64,000 nt of DNA, from assembly GCA_973895155.1 (NCBI GenBank), contig OZ316898.1:5939079-6003078 (forward strand), given 5' to 3'. The DNA comes from Marsupella aquatica (Eukaryota; Plantae; Marchantiophyta). The notes under the pieces were generated by a model. It did no database searches, had not been told where the DNA came from, and saw only the letters and a list, made by a program, of their open reading frames with translations. Of the stretch, positions 1 to 12,549 are shown in pieces; position 1 is the stretch's first letter, and every line of letters starts with the position of its first letter. The translations under genes were made by a program, and so were the position numbers.

Positions 1-816
1 ATTCTTACATTTTTCATTTCATGTTTTCATTTCATTTGTAGGAGTTCCTAAATCGAGATCCACGCTATTGCTGTGTAGTTGTAGGGAAAGGCAATGTCTT
101 TTCCTTTTGCTTCTTCGACGTCTAGGGGAAACAGTAGGACAGTAAGAACAAGAGAACTGAAAGATTGGCTTCCTTCGGCAGCTTCAACTTTTTCTCACAA
201 ATGGTGGAAGATCACTTAGTGCGTCATCGATGACAAGGAGCTACTTTCCATGAAGAGGCCCGAGTACTTCTAGAAATGTTTACATGAGACAAGAGAGAAC
301 AAGCAGTCCAAGGACACAACTAAGGTGGGAAATGGAAAACTCTCGTTCACAAAAATACAAACAGTAGATTTTGCAGTGGAGCGGATAAATCCACTCATCC
401 CCATTTGTGCAGGAGCCTCTTGGCAGAACACTCTTACTACCTGCTTTTACTAAGTTGACATAGTATCCTGCATATACCATGTATCTTGTGCCTATTCGTC
501 CTTGGGAGGATCCATTCCAGATTCATGATGCTGCCTTCGAACTTTCACCCGTGTCAACGACCTAAGATACAGAAACCCATCATCAAGAAAGGAAATAAAC
601 CTTTGTATAGGTTGAGCCAGTTTAAGACTCTCTGAATACTATTCATTCGGCTCAATATTCACTCACACCGTCACTTGATCTAAGAATCCAAACTAGTTCA
701 GAAACCTCAAACCTTGGACCCTCGCAACCCTCCTTTGATTTCCCTATCGGCACTCGGACCTGTGTGACAATCCGACAGTCGGTAGCCCCAACAACATATG
801 GTCTTCCGAGTGCCCT

Positions 817-3800
817 TTAGGAAGCAGGAACACCCCCTGGAGCACCACCCGAAAATTTGTTCAACATCTTCGCTATCACAGGTGCAACTTTGGGATTGCC
901 TTGATGCTTCGCCAGATTCGCTGGATTCTTCATGACTGCAAACAGATCGGGCAGCATCGGCAATTTCATTAGAATCTATTAAACATTAACAAAAACAAAA
1001 ACAAGAAGAAATCCTTGACGATAAATACACTTACGACGGAATTTGACAGTAGATTTCACAATGCATCTAAATTTGGCACTCATTGCAAGAATTTCAACGT
1101 AAGACGCGTGCCAAGGATACAGACCATCTTGTAGAGCAGACATGACATCCGGGTCCTGGAGAGCAGCCATAAGCTCTGGGTCCTGTAGCGTTCAAGGAAA
1201 AGAGTGAAAGTTTCAGATATTCATCTTTACAGCATCAGTAAGATCATTTGATCGAACTTGAGACCTTCCAGACATAGAATCGTTGCACACGATTGTGTTC
1301 TTTCCCCTGGCCAATGAAATTCTCCAATAGCTCAATTGCTCTCCTATATGATATTCATTCCCTAACCTAACCTAATTCACCGTTATACGAAACCACAGAA
1401 CGGAAAGACACAAGGCACTGGAGAAAGCTTTTGCTAGAGAATAGAAAGAGATAACACTCACACTTAAAATCTTGCTCATGTCGATGCCCCCCGGACCTGT
1501 TCCCCCTGCACCACCGGGGAAGCCACCTGGAAACCCACCAGGAAAGCCACCAGCACCAGCTCCAGGGAAGCCACCAGCACCAGCTCCAGGGAAGCCACCT
1601 GGAAAGCCACCTGGAAAGCCACCTGCTCCCGCTTGTGGTCCGGTTGATTTCTTTTGCTCTTTCTTCTTTGCAGCCTCATACGCAGCCTGAAACAAGGCAC
1701 AGTGCATCATGAGTTAAGCTGAAATTCTTACAGATCTAAAATCTGTCAGTTCATTTTCAATTGTAACATCTAGACGCTGCACTCCTAAGAGCCCAGTGCC
1801 ACGAACAGAAATTCGGCAAAATAATTCGTCTTTTCTGTGAACACAGTAATGAGCTGGCGAAGGCAAGATAATATTATTTAGTGACTTTTATTGCCATCAT
1901 GAACAATATGGTACTTCACAGGAAAGAACGATATCGCCTGTCACAATCACGAGTAATTGTCAATCAAACCCCGACGTGAGTGGGAAAGACCATTCAGAAC
2001 CCGGCATCCAGCCTCCACTTCACTCCACTTCGAAAAAACGCCTAGCAGCTTTAACAGCAATCGTTTCTCCAGAATTCTAAACAGAGTGGTGAGCCACGCG
2101 ATGAATTACTTTGACCAGTAATATCAGAAGTGTTTCTTTACCTTTGCCTCAGCCTTGCGTCTCTGCCTTTCTCGTTCAAGTTTTGATTCTTCCCTCTCCT
2201 TTCGGAGTCTATCATACTTCCGTCTGTGCTCTTCAATTTTGTGGACATTTGGTTCGACCTGAACGAGACAAAAATTAGGTCAACAGCCACCAAGAGACAA
2301 ATTCACCGATTTAAGGTGTTTCAGGATGGGACCCAACCGGTGAAAGAAATGAAAGAAGTGTCAGAATCTACACCATCGTTTCTGTTTCTAATAAAAACAC
2401 CTCCCTATGATTCCTACTTCAATATAGCAGGTTCTTGCACAACTGGTTGAAAAGTCAAACCTTTCTCAAGTCATCCTGGATCTGTTCATCAAAATCCAGC
2501 TTTGAAGCAACATAAAGGTCCTTCGCAGCTTCTTCCCATTTGCCAAGGAGCATATATCCTTCGCCCCTAAACTTGTAACCCTTTGCGGAGTCTGGATTTA
2601 TCTGTCCGACAAACAATCCACTTTGATTGTCAATCAGCAGAAACGGGTTACGCAATTTTACTGGACTTGTTCCCTCAAGTCATCTCAAAATCAAAGATAA
2701 GTGCACAAAATTAGCATTCAGTTGTCCAGAAAGTTGTGGAGAAGTACGAACCTTCAGGGCTGCTTCTGCATCTCTGATTGCAGCATTAGGCTTTTTCAAC
2801 TTAATGTACAAACCAGCTGCATTGATTAACAAGATTGCAAGGGTTCTCAATGAGACACTTAGCACTTTAACCAGCTTTAAACTATGAACGTTCGTAATAC
2901 TCCTTCACTGTATATTGAGGCTGAACTAAAGAGATTGAAACAGAGATAGCGTTTCCATGTGAAAGAAGGCATTGCCATTGCCAAAATACTTTTTGCAAAC
3001 TCCAACCTATTCCCGGAACGTTGATAAGACCTCAATACCTTAGACAATATACAAACAACGACAGATTAAACAGCATAGAGCTCTTTAATTTTTATTAAGC
3101 CTCATCCTAAACATCTGTAGACTAACCACAAACAAGATTTGCAAGTCCTGACTGTAAAGTAGGAATTGGCACAATATCATAGGGGCTCATGGCCACTTCC
3201 GTACCTCTGTTGGAATAGGGTATGGCTGATGTAGGATTCGAGAGGATTGCGTCTGTAAAGTACGCAAGAGCTACGTCGATATTTCCTGTTTAAGTTACAA
3301 GTTGACCTGGATCAGTCTTCAAACAACGAAAGCATTTAGATGTTTTCACAAAAACAGGAATTCACGAACATCAAGGAAAATACTAGAAATGATTCCTAGA
3401 ATCCTACCTTCGGCAACTGCTTCCGAAGCCTTCATCTTCGACTCTTGAGCTTTCTCTCGCATCTCATCTGTGACCTCGATAGTCGGGTCACCCATCTGTG
3501 CAGATTGATACAACATTATATGAGGAACCACAGAACTCATGCTCCAAAGAATCGAACCCTTCCAGCTCCGAACTGGCCGATATTATTTTTCTTTTAGAAT
3601 TCAAAGATGAATTTGAATGTAGTCCCTCTAGTGAGCTACGACAATCATTGCTGAGTCTACATCACTTATTGTATCTCCGATGCTCTCTATATCCAAATAT
3701 ACCCACCTTCTGTGCAGGTTCATGATCCTCATCCACTATTCCCTCGTTGTCCAATTCCACGTCCGATTCCACAATCTCCTCAACTTCTTCCTCCTCCCAC

Positions 3801-5283
3801 GCTTTAGGTGCTCCTCCGGTCAAATCCGGCATGTCTTCGTCATCACTGGCTTCGAACTCATCGTGGCCATGACCACATCCACACTGCAAAATAGTAATCA
3901 CCCCGTTCTGTAAAATTGCTCTACGTACTCACCAACTACAAAAATGATTTCTTAGAGCGCACAAGCATCTATGAGGTATTCCGTGAATGTAGAAGATACC
4001 AGCGAAAAGGCAGACACCTCCTATCAAGCCACTGTCGGAAGGATCTCGAAAGCTGCTGAACGTTTCTCTCTGTTGCTCAAGAAGTGCCGCTCTATGACAA
4101 TCGAGGGTCCAACATATCTCTCACAGACCTTATGGAAAGTCCTGTCTTTACCCTTGATCGCTAAGACAACGAAGATGGTTCCCTGCCAAGGGCGTCTTAA
4201 GAAGACCAGGATTCCCTCCTATTGTACATTGCCAAATATACAAACAACATCTACCTAAATACGATCGGCAACCTGCATCATAAGTTCTAAGCACAATGAC
4301 TACGACGCAAAAGATACCGACTACTGTAAATGGCCCCTCACCCCATCGTGCTCGTGGCTGCTGGGTTGCGGTCCGTACGCACTTTTTGGAAGAGCGGCTC
4401 CAACCCTGCACCAGTTCGAAGAACAGTCGACCGAGAATATGAGAAATTAATTAGATTTAGAAAGAGCATAATCAATTTCGCACCTGGGTAATGAGAGAAG
4501 GAATGAGAAATGGTGAACAAGACTTCAATATCTCACTTCGGCACGACATCAATTTAGAAGAAAAGTCCGCCGATACCGTTCGTGTTTTATTTCAGCTTGT
4601 GCGCATTAAGTGGACCGATGAATGAACGAGTGAATGGATGACTGTCCAGGGCAACCCAACAGGGGCTTCATGAACCGTACAAATAGACTACCCCGAGTCC
4701 AGGATTGCAAAGGCAGACAAGCAAGTTAGCTAACAGAAGACTAACTGGTACGCTGATCAAACTCCGTGACTTAACCAGGCGTCAAAATGTAGCCGACAGA
4801 TCTTGGGAGACTGCCGCATCAACAGCCGAGTTCCAAGAAACATAAGACAATACAAGAAAGTAATCTTCGTGATCAAAGACGAGGATAATGTGCTCAGCCC
4901 AGGCAAACCGAAGCCTCATAAAACAGGCCGTTACTCTGAAAAATCACCCATCTGGAAACCTGTCGACAGTAAGCTCTTTACGTTACAAACTCCTTGAGAT
5001 CTTGCCGATATCGGATCGCTTAGAGAAAACCCTTAGACACTTACCTAAAAACCTTCTCCGTCTTCATCTACAAAGTCTGGGACGAGCCGTCCTCGGCCCA
5101 TTCATCCATACATTTCTTCGTCCCAGGCAACACCGAAGACGGAATGAAAGAGTTAGGAAGAGATCTCCCTCACCGCTCCAGATAAGTCCGGAAGAATTGC
5201 AGCTTTGGGTCCTGCAGTAGCGCAGGGTTCTTCTCCACCTGCTCCACGAACGCCTTCAGCTCCGCCAATTTCGTCGCGTCCAT
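817..5283 (-). CDS. HIP: Hsc70/Hsp70-interacting protein (HIP/ST13, FAM10 family), multi-exon
   Basis: Spliced by eye with GT-AG introns. Exon 5283-5174 gives [37 protein letters not shown] (HIP N-terminal dimerisation domain). Later exons give acidic [40 protein letters not shown] segments ([19 protein letters not shown]; [13 protein letters not shown]...[12 protein letters not shown]), a charged coiled coil and GGFP repeats (~1480-1630). The STI1/DP tail is [19 protein letters not shown]...[24 protein letters not shown], with TAA at 819-817. Confidence 0.95.
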
Positions 5284-8200
5284 CTTCTCTTCTTTATCAC
5301 TCGCCGATCCTCTCAATTCTCCACTCAATAATCGTCCCTCCTCGTCTCTATCTCGGTCCTCTTCTTTTCACTTCTGCTTTCTCGTCAGCTCTATCTGCTA
5401 ACTACCGACCTGAAGTCCACTCTGGCAAACCTCCGTCAACAAAATCTTCTCTTCTCTTCTCTTTCTCTTCTCTTCTCTGAATCTCTTCTCTTCTCTTTGT
5501 CAGTTTCAGCACGATTTATCGAAGAACCAAACTGCACCCACCTTTCCCGCTCCCTCTCCCTCCTCCACTCTGTGCTCTCGTTTCTTTCTCTCCAGCTCTT
5601 GCGATCGAACCGAGGAACTCCCAATCTCCGACTCCACTTGTACAGACTACCATGTCTAAGTGCACTCTTCCGGGAAGACTCCCAATCCTGCACTTATCCA
5701 CTTGGGCGTCGTCTCAAAGCTTCCTAGGTAGTTTCGTAGGTAGAGTTGATGCCGTTTGGCCATAAACAAAATGGCAACAGCTTTTTCACCACCAAGTGAT
5801 GCAAAAGTTTTTTTTTTTTGGTTTATACTAGACTGTCTACAAATTCATATGGTCATGGCATATGAACCTTTTTGGTAAAAAGTTATGAATGATCACTTTT
5901 GATGTGGGACCTTTAAAGTCCAACAAGTTTTGAGGTTTGAGACCCTAGTGTATCCACAAAGTTATGAGTGAAGATATAAATTTATGCATTTCTCATATGG
6001 TTGCACTACCCTGGAAGCACATGGGAGGTTGCTTCTTATGCACTTTTTGATATGTGTTTTCATATCGCACACATTCTACAATATTCCTGCATCTGGAATG
6101 TGGGAACAAACCAATTGGTTTTCGTGTGAAATTTTTGTCCAGGAAAAGGTGAGGGCAATATATTTTCAAGCACAAAATTATGAGAATAGCAAGATGGAGT
6201 AAAAATGGTCACCCATCAGTGACCTTTGTTCTGGACAAGATTTAAGTGACAAAGCCACAAAAGATCATTTATGCACGTCCATATGTATATGGTTGCACTA
6301 TCCATATGAGACCCAAATAAGTGCATGAGAAATTGCTTAGGTTTTCTAACTCTCACCAGAGAGATCTGACGGGCAAAAAACAATGAGGAAAATCAGATAA
6401 AGAGTACTCCTACCATCTTCTCCCTCACACTTGTTCGACATTTGCCACAAAACCTTAAAAGATTACGCTAGCCGCTAGCAAGGAATCGGATTGCACTTAT
6501 ACAGGGTACTGTGATGACAAAACGACACCCCCAATGCCATCAATGCAAAGACAAGCTCCGTTCGAAACGCGTGGAAACGCAAAACAACAAGAGGGGAGGT
6601 GGAGGAGGGACAACAAGCGGCCAAATGCCGTGAAATTAATCCCCTCGAGGCAACGTGGAGCCCTGCAACGGCTTTCTGCGCGTGGGCCCCTTCGGTCTTT
6701 TTTCCTTTTGCAGACTCACCAAAGGGGGGTCATTATTATTCGTTGTCCCTCGGCATGCACGCTGTGTGACGCTGTGTCCCTATCCCCGTTCCGGTGCTGT
6801 CCTTCCCTGCGACGGTTGCGTCCTTGGTCCCTTGTCCCTTGTCCCCTACCTTGTCCCGTGAAGCTGACGGGCAACCGGGACTACCGGTAGTGGAGTGGCG
6901 GCGCACTGTAATGGATGGATAGGAGGGAATATTGGAATAATGTGGACTTTCGTTCCCAGATTTTACTCTCGTGGGTTCTTCTAGGAAAGTGATGGTCCCA
7001 AGGACGGCGCCAAGAACCCTCCAACTCAACGTGGAGTGACACATGCTACACTTTCACTCATTGATACTTTTCTTGTTTTCAAAAGGTCTTCTAATTGCAA
7101 GTTTGACCGTCAGTATCGCTCTTCATATCCGATTCGATGTTTTGGTCTTGGGCTAGTTAGAAAACGGCTTCAAAACATCTTTCTAACCAGGCTAATATTT
7201 CCAGTTTTCATGAAGAATAGAGAGAGTTATGAATTGTTAATGATAAGTCTGTCACTCACTATCCACGAGGCTAATATCTCCAGTTTTTATAAAGAATTGA
7301 GAGAGTTATGAATTTTGACTATTATTCTGTCCCTCACTATCCACACATTTCCACTTCCAAATAAATTTGGGCAACTGACATAAGAATTCACAAATTTCAT
7401 TAAAAATTGAGACAATCTAAAAATTAGAAAGATGAGTGTCCTATTTTCATGTGTCACGTTTCACTCATTGGTGTAATATGCACTATATGGGTAGGAAAGA
7501 GGGTTTTAGTGCGACTGTTCACATAGGTGGATTGGTTAAGTCATAACTAGTCCAATGCCCTTGTGTTGCATGATTGTCATTGCAGCCATGTTGTCATTGG
7601 TGTGACAATTTTGTTGGATTGCACAAAGATGTTGAGATGAGACAAAGAAGCTGGCAAAGAAGTTCAACTCTGTCAAGGAAGAGTTGTAACTATGACCATG
7701 TTGTTTGTGCAATCATGTTAATGGACACATAAATAGACAACACAAAGGCTTTGGCAAGATTGCCAAATGCCCATGTTAATGTTGAGAAGTGTTGTCCGTG
7801 TGACCATGCTATCCATAATACTTTATAGTCAATTGAAAGTGTACACTACCATTGTTCCCAGGAAAGTGTACACTACCACCGTTGATCGTCAAAATTTGAT
7901 CTCCTCCATTGATCTAAGCAATCTAGTAGCTTACACCTTGACCATTCCATACCGTCATCCACTGTCATTATAAGTGATACAAGCTCCTCAAAACTTGAGC
8001 TTAAAGCCCTTTTTGTTTTATTGTATTATGGTTCACAATGCTCAAACTTGTTATATACTTAATGCCCTTTTAGTAAAAAATAGTGAAAATAAAAAGCTCT
8101 GAGGACTTAAGCCGCACCTGCCCCTATAAAGGGCTACGGGTTACCCGTAGCTCTCATTCTAAAGAGTACAAGTTCAGAAATGGGCTTTGAGCTCCACAAA

Positions 8201-8919
8201 AGGTGCTGACTGCAAAACTTCTTTTTGGCAAATACTCCACAAAAGGTGCTAGTGTTCCACCTTTTATGGTGAGTAGTGAGACATGGAATGAGGCTTTTAT
8301 AGTGGCAGGTGTGGTTTAAGTGTACTAAGGTCCTACTACCAAAACATGATTGGCAATATGAGCTCGTCAAAACTCAAGCTCTGGTTTTTCAGGGCATTAT
8401 GGCCCATAATGCTCTATGAATAGGACTTAGCTAAATTAAAGAAAGTTGCATATGAGATATTTGGCCGAAAACCTCTAATGTGTAGGAAAACCCAGAAAAT
8501 AAAAAGCACATGGGCCTGAGCTAGATAAGAAGGTCCACATCAGAAAATCAAGGGCCAGGATCCACGAGTGGCAATGCACACACAACCCCACTAGGCTGTT
8601 TAAAGTTTTGTTTGGAGTTCTCCATCAATTCTCTCTAGAGCTCTAGAGCAGTACTTATGGGTGCAGTGAATTTAATCTTATTTATAAAGTGCAAAGGGAA
8701 GCTAAGGTCTATTTTCCTAGAGTGAAACCTCTAGACCCTTACTCTAAAGCCCTACCATCTGGATGGAAGAAAATGATGTATGTGAAATGATGGTCTCGCA
8801 TGCTTTTCAGGCCCTTCAATTCCCTGCTGGGTAGACTTTAGGGTAGTGTCTTTTGTTTTCCTTGCAGCTTGTGCCTGGCCTTTTTTGACTTTTTGGCCTT
8901 CTGGCCTTTATCTGGTTTT

Positions 8920-9261
8920 TGTTAGATATTGCTCGTCTTGTGACTCATGAGCTAACCACAGTTAGTCTAACTCGGGTTAGGACTTAGCTAATGTTAGCGG
9001 TAGTGCTATTGTGCATATAGCCGGGGCTGATGCCAGACCCTGGAGGAACTTAGGCTCATTGTTACGGAGCTAGTTGAGAGATAGGGAGAGCTTGTATTGT
9101 GGATGCTTGGTATGGCCGGTCGGCCTAGAGTGCAGTAAAGCTCTTGTGTGTTCCTGTGGACGTAGCCTCATGTGGAGGTGAACCATGTATCTCTCTGAGT
9201 CAACTCTTGTGCGTTGGATGGTTCTTGGGCTTGCCGTTGCGAATGTCGTCTATGCTCAACA
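8920..9261 (+). repeat. 5' LTR of copia element 1
   Basis: TGTTAG...CAACA, 342 bp, repeated at 16797-17140 and followed by the PBS. Confidence 0.95.
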
Positions 9262-9731
9262 AGTGGTATCAGAGCATAGACGACATTTTTTTGTGACAGG
9301 AGGGAGGTGACAAGGTTTTTTCATGACAGGTTTTTCCAGCGTTCATTGTCGATGGTACATTTGGAGTTTCATCGCATGAAACTCGAATGTGTGTGTGTGT
9401 GTGTGTGGCTTTCTAACGGTGGTTAGAACTCGCTGATCGGTATCCGTGGTGCGAAGGAATTGAAGTTTGCATCGTTCAGGGTTTATTCGTGTTTGACGGT
9501 ATTTCGGGGGAGAGACTAGAGTTCGCATTTTTCAACGGTGTGAGCCGTGCGGTGCGGGAGGGATCGCACATTATAGCTCAAGTTGAAAGGTTGAAGCGAG
9601 CTGGTCGTTTCGGTAGCTGAGTTGCTGTCGAGTTGTTACCGAGTGCATCGTGATGAGTGAAGGAGGCGTTCAGGTTTTTTCACAAGCTATGGAGCTTGTT
9701 CTAATCTGAACCGGGTTTCTCTTCGTGACGT

Positions 9732-10026
9732 CTCGGGGGTTTTACTTCCACAAAAATGGCACATCACGTGCGACGAAGTATAGGGTCGATTTATTGGTTT
9801 GAAGGGAAGAATTAAGAATTTTTGTAGAAGAACAATAGGGTCCTTTAAATTTAATTTTTAGACTTATAAGAACATTAGGGTCTTTCTAACCAAAATTTTG
9901 GAATATTCCAAGAATATTCCAAATTTATAGGGGTTGAAAAATAATTTTTTTCTTACATTTTAGGGGGTCCGAGGCCTAAAAACGTCGCAGGGGATGGGGA
10001 GACATCCATATAGTGAGACCCCCGAG
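9732..10026. mobile_element. hAT-type MITE (copy 1) nested in the copia-1 leader
   Basis: TIR CTCGGGGGTTTTACT / AGTGAGACCCCCGAG. Perfect 8-bp TSD CGTGACGT at 9724-9731 and 10027-10034. Related copies at 41910 and 58046. Confidence 0.88.
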
Positions 10027-10239
10027 CGTGACGTCCGACTTGGTGGAAGTGACGCGAAGTGCTTCGGCTCAACGGTGTGATCGCGGTGAGGCGGTCATTT
10101 TGAGCTCAGGATTGGTACTTGACGCGGAGTGAAGGCGACGCGGATAATTAATTTACTTTGCTAGAGCAATAGACTGTGCCTATGAAATTCAGCCACTTTT
10201 ACCACTGGCGGAATTCACTTTCCTTGTTTCAAACAGCGG

Positions 10240-10369
10240 CAAGGTGTGTAACCAACATTTTTTTTGGGTTAATTTAGGGCTATATTTTTCCCAATTTTTC
10301 TCAATTTTTTCTTCTCAGACCTCCCTCGCAACGGCCGGCTACTGCCGCCGGTCACCTTTTTTTTACTAG
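10240..10369 (+). mobile_element. Probable Helitron 3' terminus nested in the copia-1 leader
   Basis: GC hairpin CCGGC-TACTGCC-GCCGG about 14 nt upstream of CTAG|T (10366-10370); 5' end not located. Confidence 0.45.
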
Positions 10370-11310
10370 TGCCCTTGCGCTCCAGGTCCTGACACCCGTA
10401 TACCCCCCGGGTGTACCTCTTTTGCTCACGTATCCGCTTGTATGCGGTGTCCGGGTGACCGTATTTTCTGGTAAGAGCATGTTGGCTCTTATGAAGTTAA
10501 CCTTGCATGCCCATAAGTTCTACACTAAAACCAAAATGATAACTCTTGTAAGAAGGGTGGTGGGTATTAAGAAAGATTCAGGTGAAACTAATATACTATT
10601 AAATCCTACTTCACCATACTTGCGGATCAACACATCTTGGAAACTAATTTTTCTACGACATACAATCCTAATATCTCCAAGAGAAAATGAAATAAGAATG
10701 TCATCTGGACTCCTATTTAGATCCATGACTTCAATAAAAGGACAAAGATAATGCACTCCCACTCCTCTCGGTAAGACACTACTGGGTATACTATTGGCTC
10801 ATTAGAACTCATAATAGTAGCTGCAAATTGAACTCCAAAGTGATAAGTTAAATGCTGCCTCATGGATGACTTGTCTAAAAGATGGACTCTAACCAAAAAT
10901 GGGTTACGAAGGGGAAGATTAGGGATATCTCTCCCTCGTGGATTCATAATGACTCTTATTCCTTTGCTATCCGGGCCAAAGGATGCCCCACCCCTAAGTT
11001 TCCAAAGAGACCTTGTTCCCTAAGATCCCATCTATAAGTCTACCACTCATTCATTTGCTATCCGGGCCAAAGGATGCTCCATTACTATGTACATAAAACA
11101 AAGAATAGAAGAGAAAGATAAGAGAAGAAAAGAGGATCGCTTTGATGCGGAAATTATCAAAATGTGGGAATGAGGAGAGAGTGCCCCTCACCACTTTATT
11201 TATATTGAATCCAAGAGGGCATGGATTACGCCTAAACGCTTGGATGAAAGCCAAGTGGCACACATCCAACGTATGAATGCGTGCTAGTACTATTGCAATC
11301 AAAATAAATA

Positions 11311-11703
11311 ATGCATGCAAGTAAAACAACTAATACATGCACCTAAAACAATTTGTGCATGCATGCACCTTGTGGCTTGCACATTTGCTCATCTTGCATG
11401 TGCATAAAACAACTAATGCGTGCAAATAAAACAATTTGCATGCATCTAAAACAATTTGTGCATGCACCTTGTGACTTGCACATTTGCTCACCTTGCATGC
11501 ACATAAAACAACTAATGCATGCAAATAAAATAATTTGCATGCACCTAAAATAATTTGTGCATGCGCCTTGTGGCTTACACATTTGCTTACCTTGCATGCA
11601 TATAAAAGGACTATTGCATGCAAATAAAACAATTTGCACATGTATCCAAACAATTTGTGCATGCATCTTGTGGTTTGCATAGTTGCTTATCTTGCATGCA
11701 CAT
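11311..11703. repeat. Four-copy ~99-bp tandem repeat rich in TGCATG/CATGCA
   Basis: Unit approximately ATGCATGCAAATAAAACAATTTGCATGCACCTAAAACAATTTGTGCATGCACCTTGTGGCTTGCACATTTGCTCACCTTGCATGCACATAAAACAACTA, repeated four times. Confidence 0.9.
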
Positions 11704-12549
11704 ACATAATAGTCAAATTATTTAGTTACCCCGTAACAATATATAAAGCTAACCTATATACTTACTTATATACTTAGTGGTAATGATTTCATCATAAATA
11801 ATTGAATTATCACGACAGCGACCCCATACGGGGTCTTTTTGGTTAAAGGGGCTTAGACCCCCATTTTAAGGGCATTTTTTGGTTTTTTTCTCAACTCTCC
11901 TTTCTTTGGTCATCCCGGGCCCGATGACCCTCCATTTTAACCGCTTGGATAGGGAGAAAGGCCCCCTGTGAGACCTGTCGGACTATGCGGGAATATTCCC
12001 AAAAAAACAAAGAGCTGTTTTTGGTCGTCCGACAAAGATTCTGTCCGCCGAACGTTAACTTTTTTGGTTCTTTTTTTGCGAGGACGTTGCCACTGGAGTT
12101 AGCAAGGCGGCGCACCGATCACATTGCGATTCCGACGATGGATTGTACTAGGTATTTTGGTTATTTCCCGGGGTGGTCAAAACGGGGGAGTTTTCCAAGG
12201 ATTTACCCACCCGACCAAAATTTGAATAACTTTTCCGTCAAATTTTGATTTTGATTTTGGCTTTCAGTATTGGACTCCTAGCTTTGTGGTCTACGCGGCG
12301 GTGTTGAGTTTTATGAGAAGTTTTGAAAAAGACGTTTTTTCATGATCGTTTCATATGAGTGACTCGGATGATATTAGAAGAATTGGCGTCGATGGAGCTT
12401 CAGGATTGCGACGGTGAGACGGTGAGTCTGAGGAGGAGCTGCTACCGTTTGAGGAGGAACAAGTAACATCGGTACGATCACCGGTTTGGCGTGCAGTAGA
12501 GAAAGCTGTACTACTACCAGAGCTATCGGTAGTGGGGAAGAAGAGGGAG

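Noticed and set aside
1472-1690. Plus-strand Pro-rich ORF (PPGKPP repeats)
   Set aside because: Antisense shadow of the GGFP-repeat exon of HIP
11330-11680. Cys/His-rich repetitive ORFs on both strands
   Set aside because: Translations of the 99-bp tandem repeat; open only because the unit length is a multiple of 3
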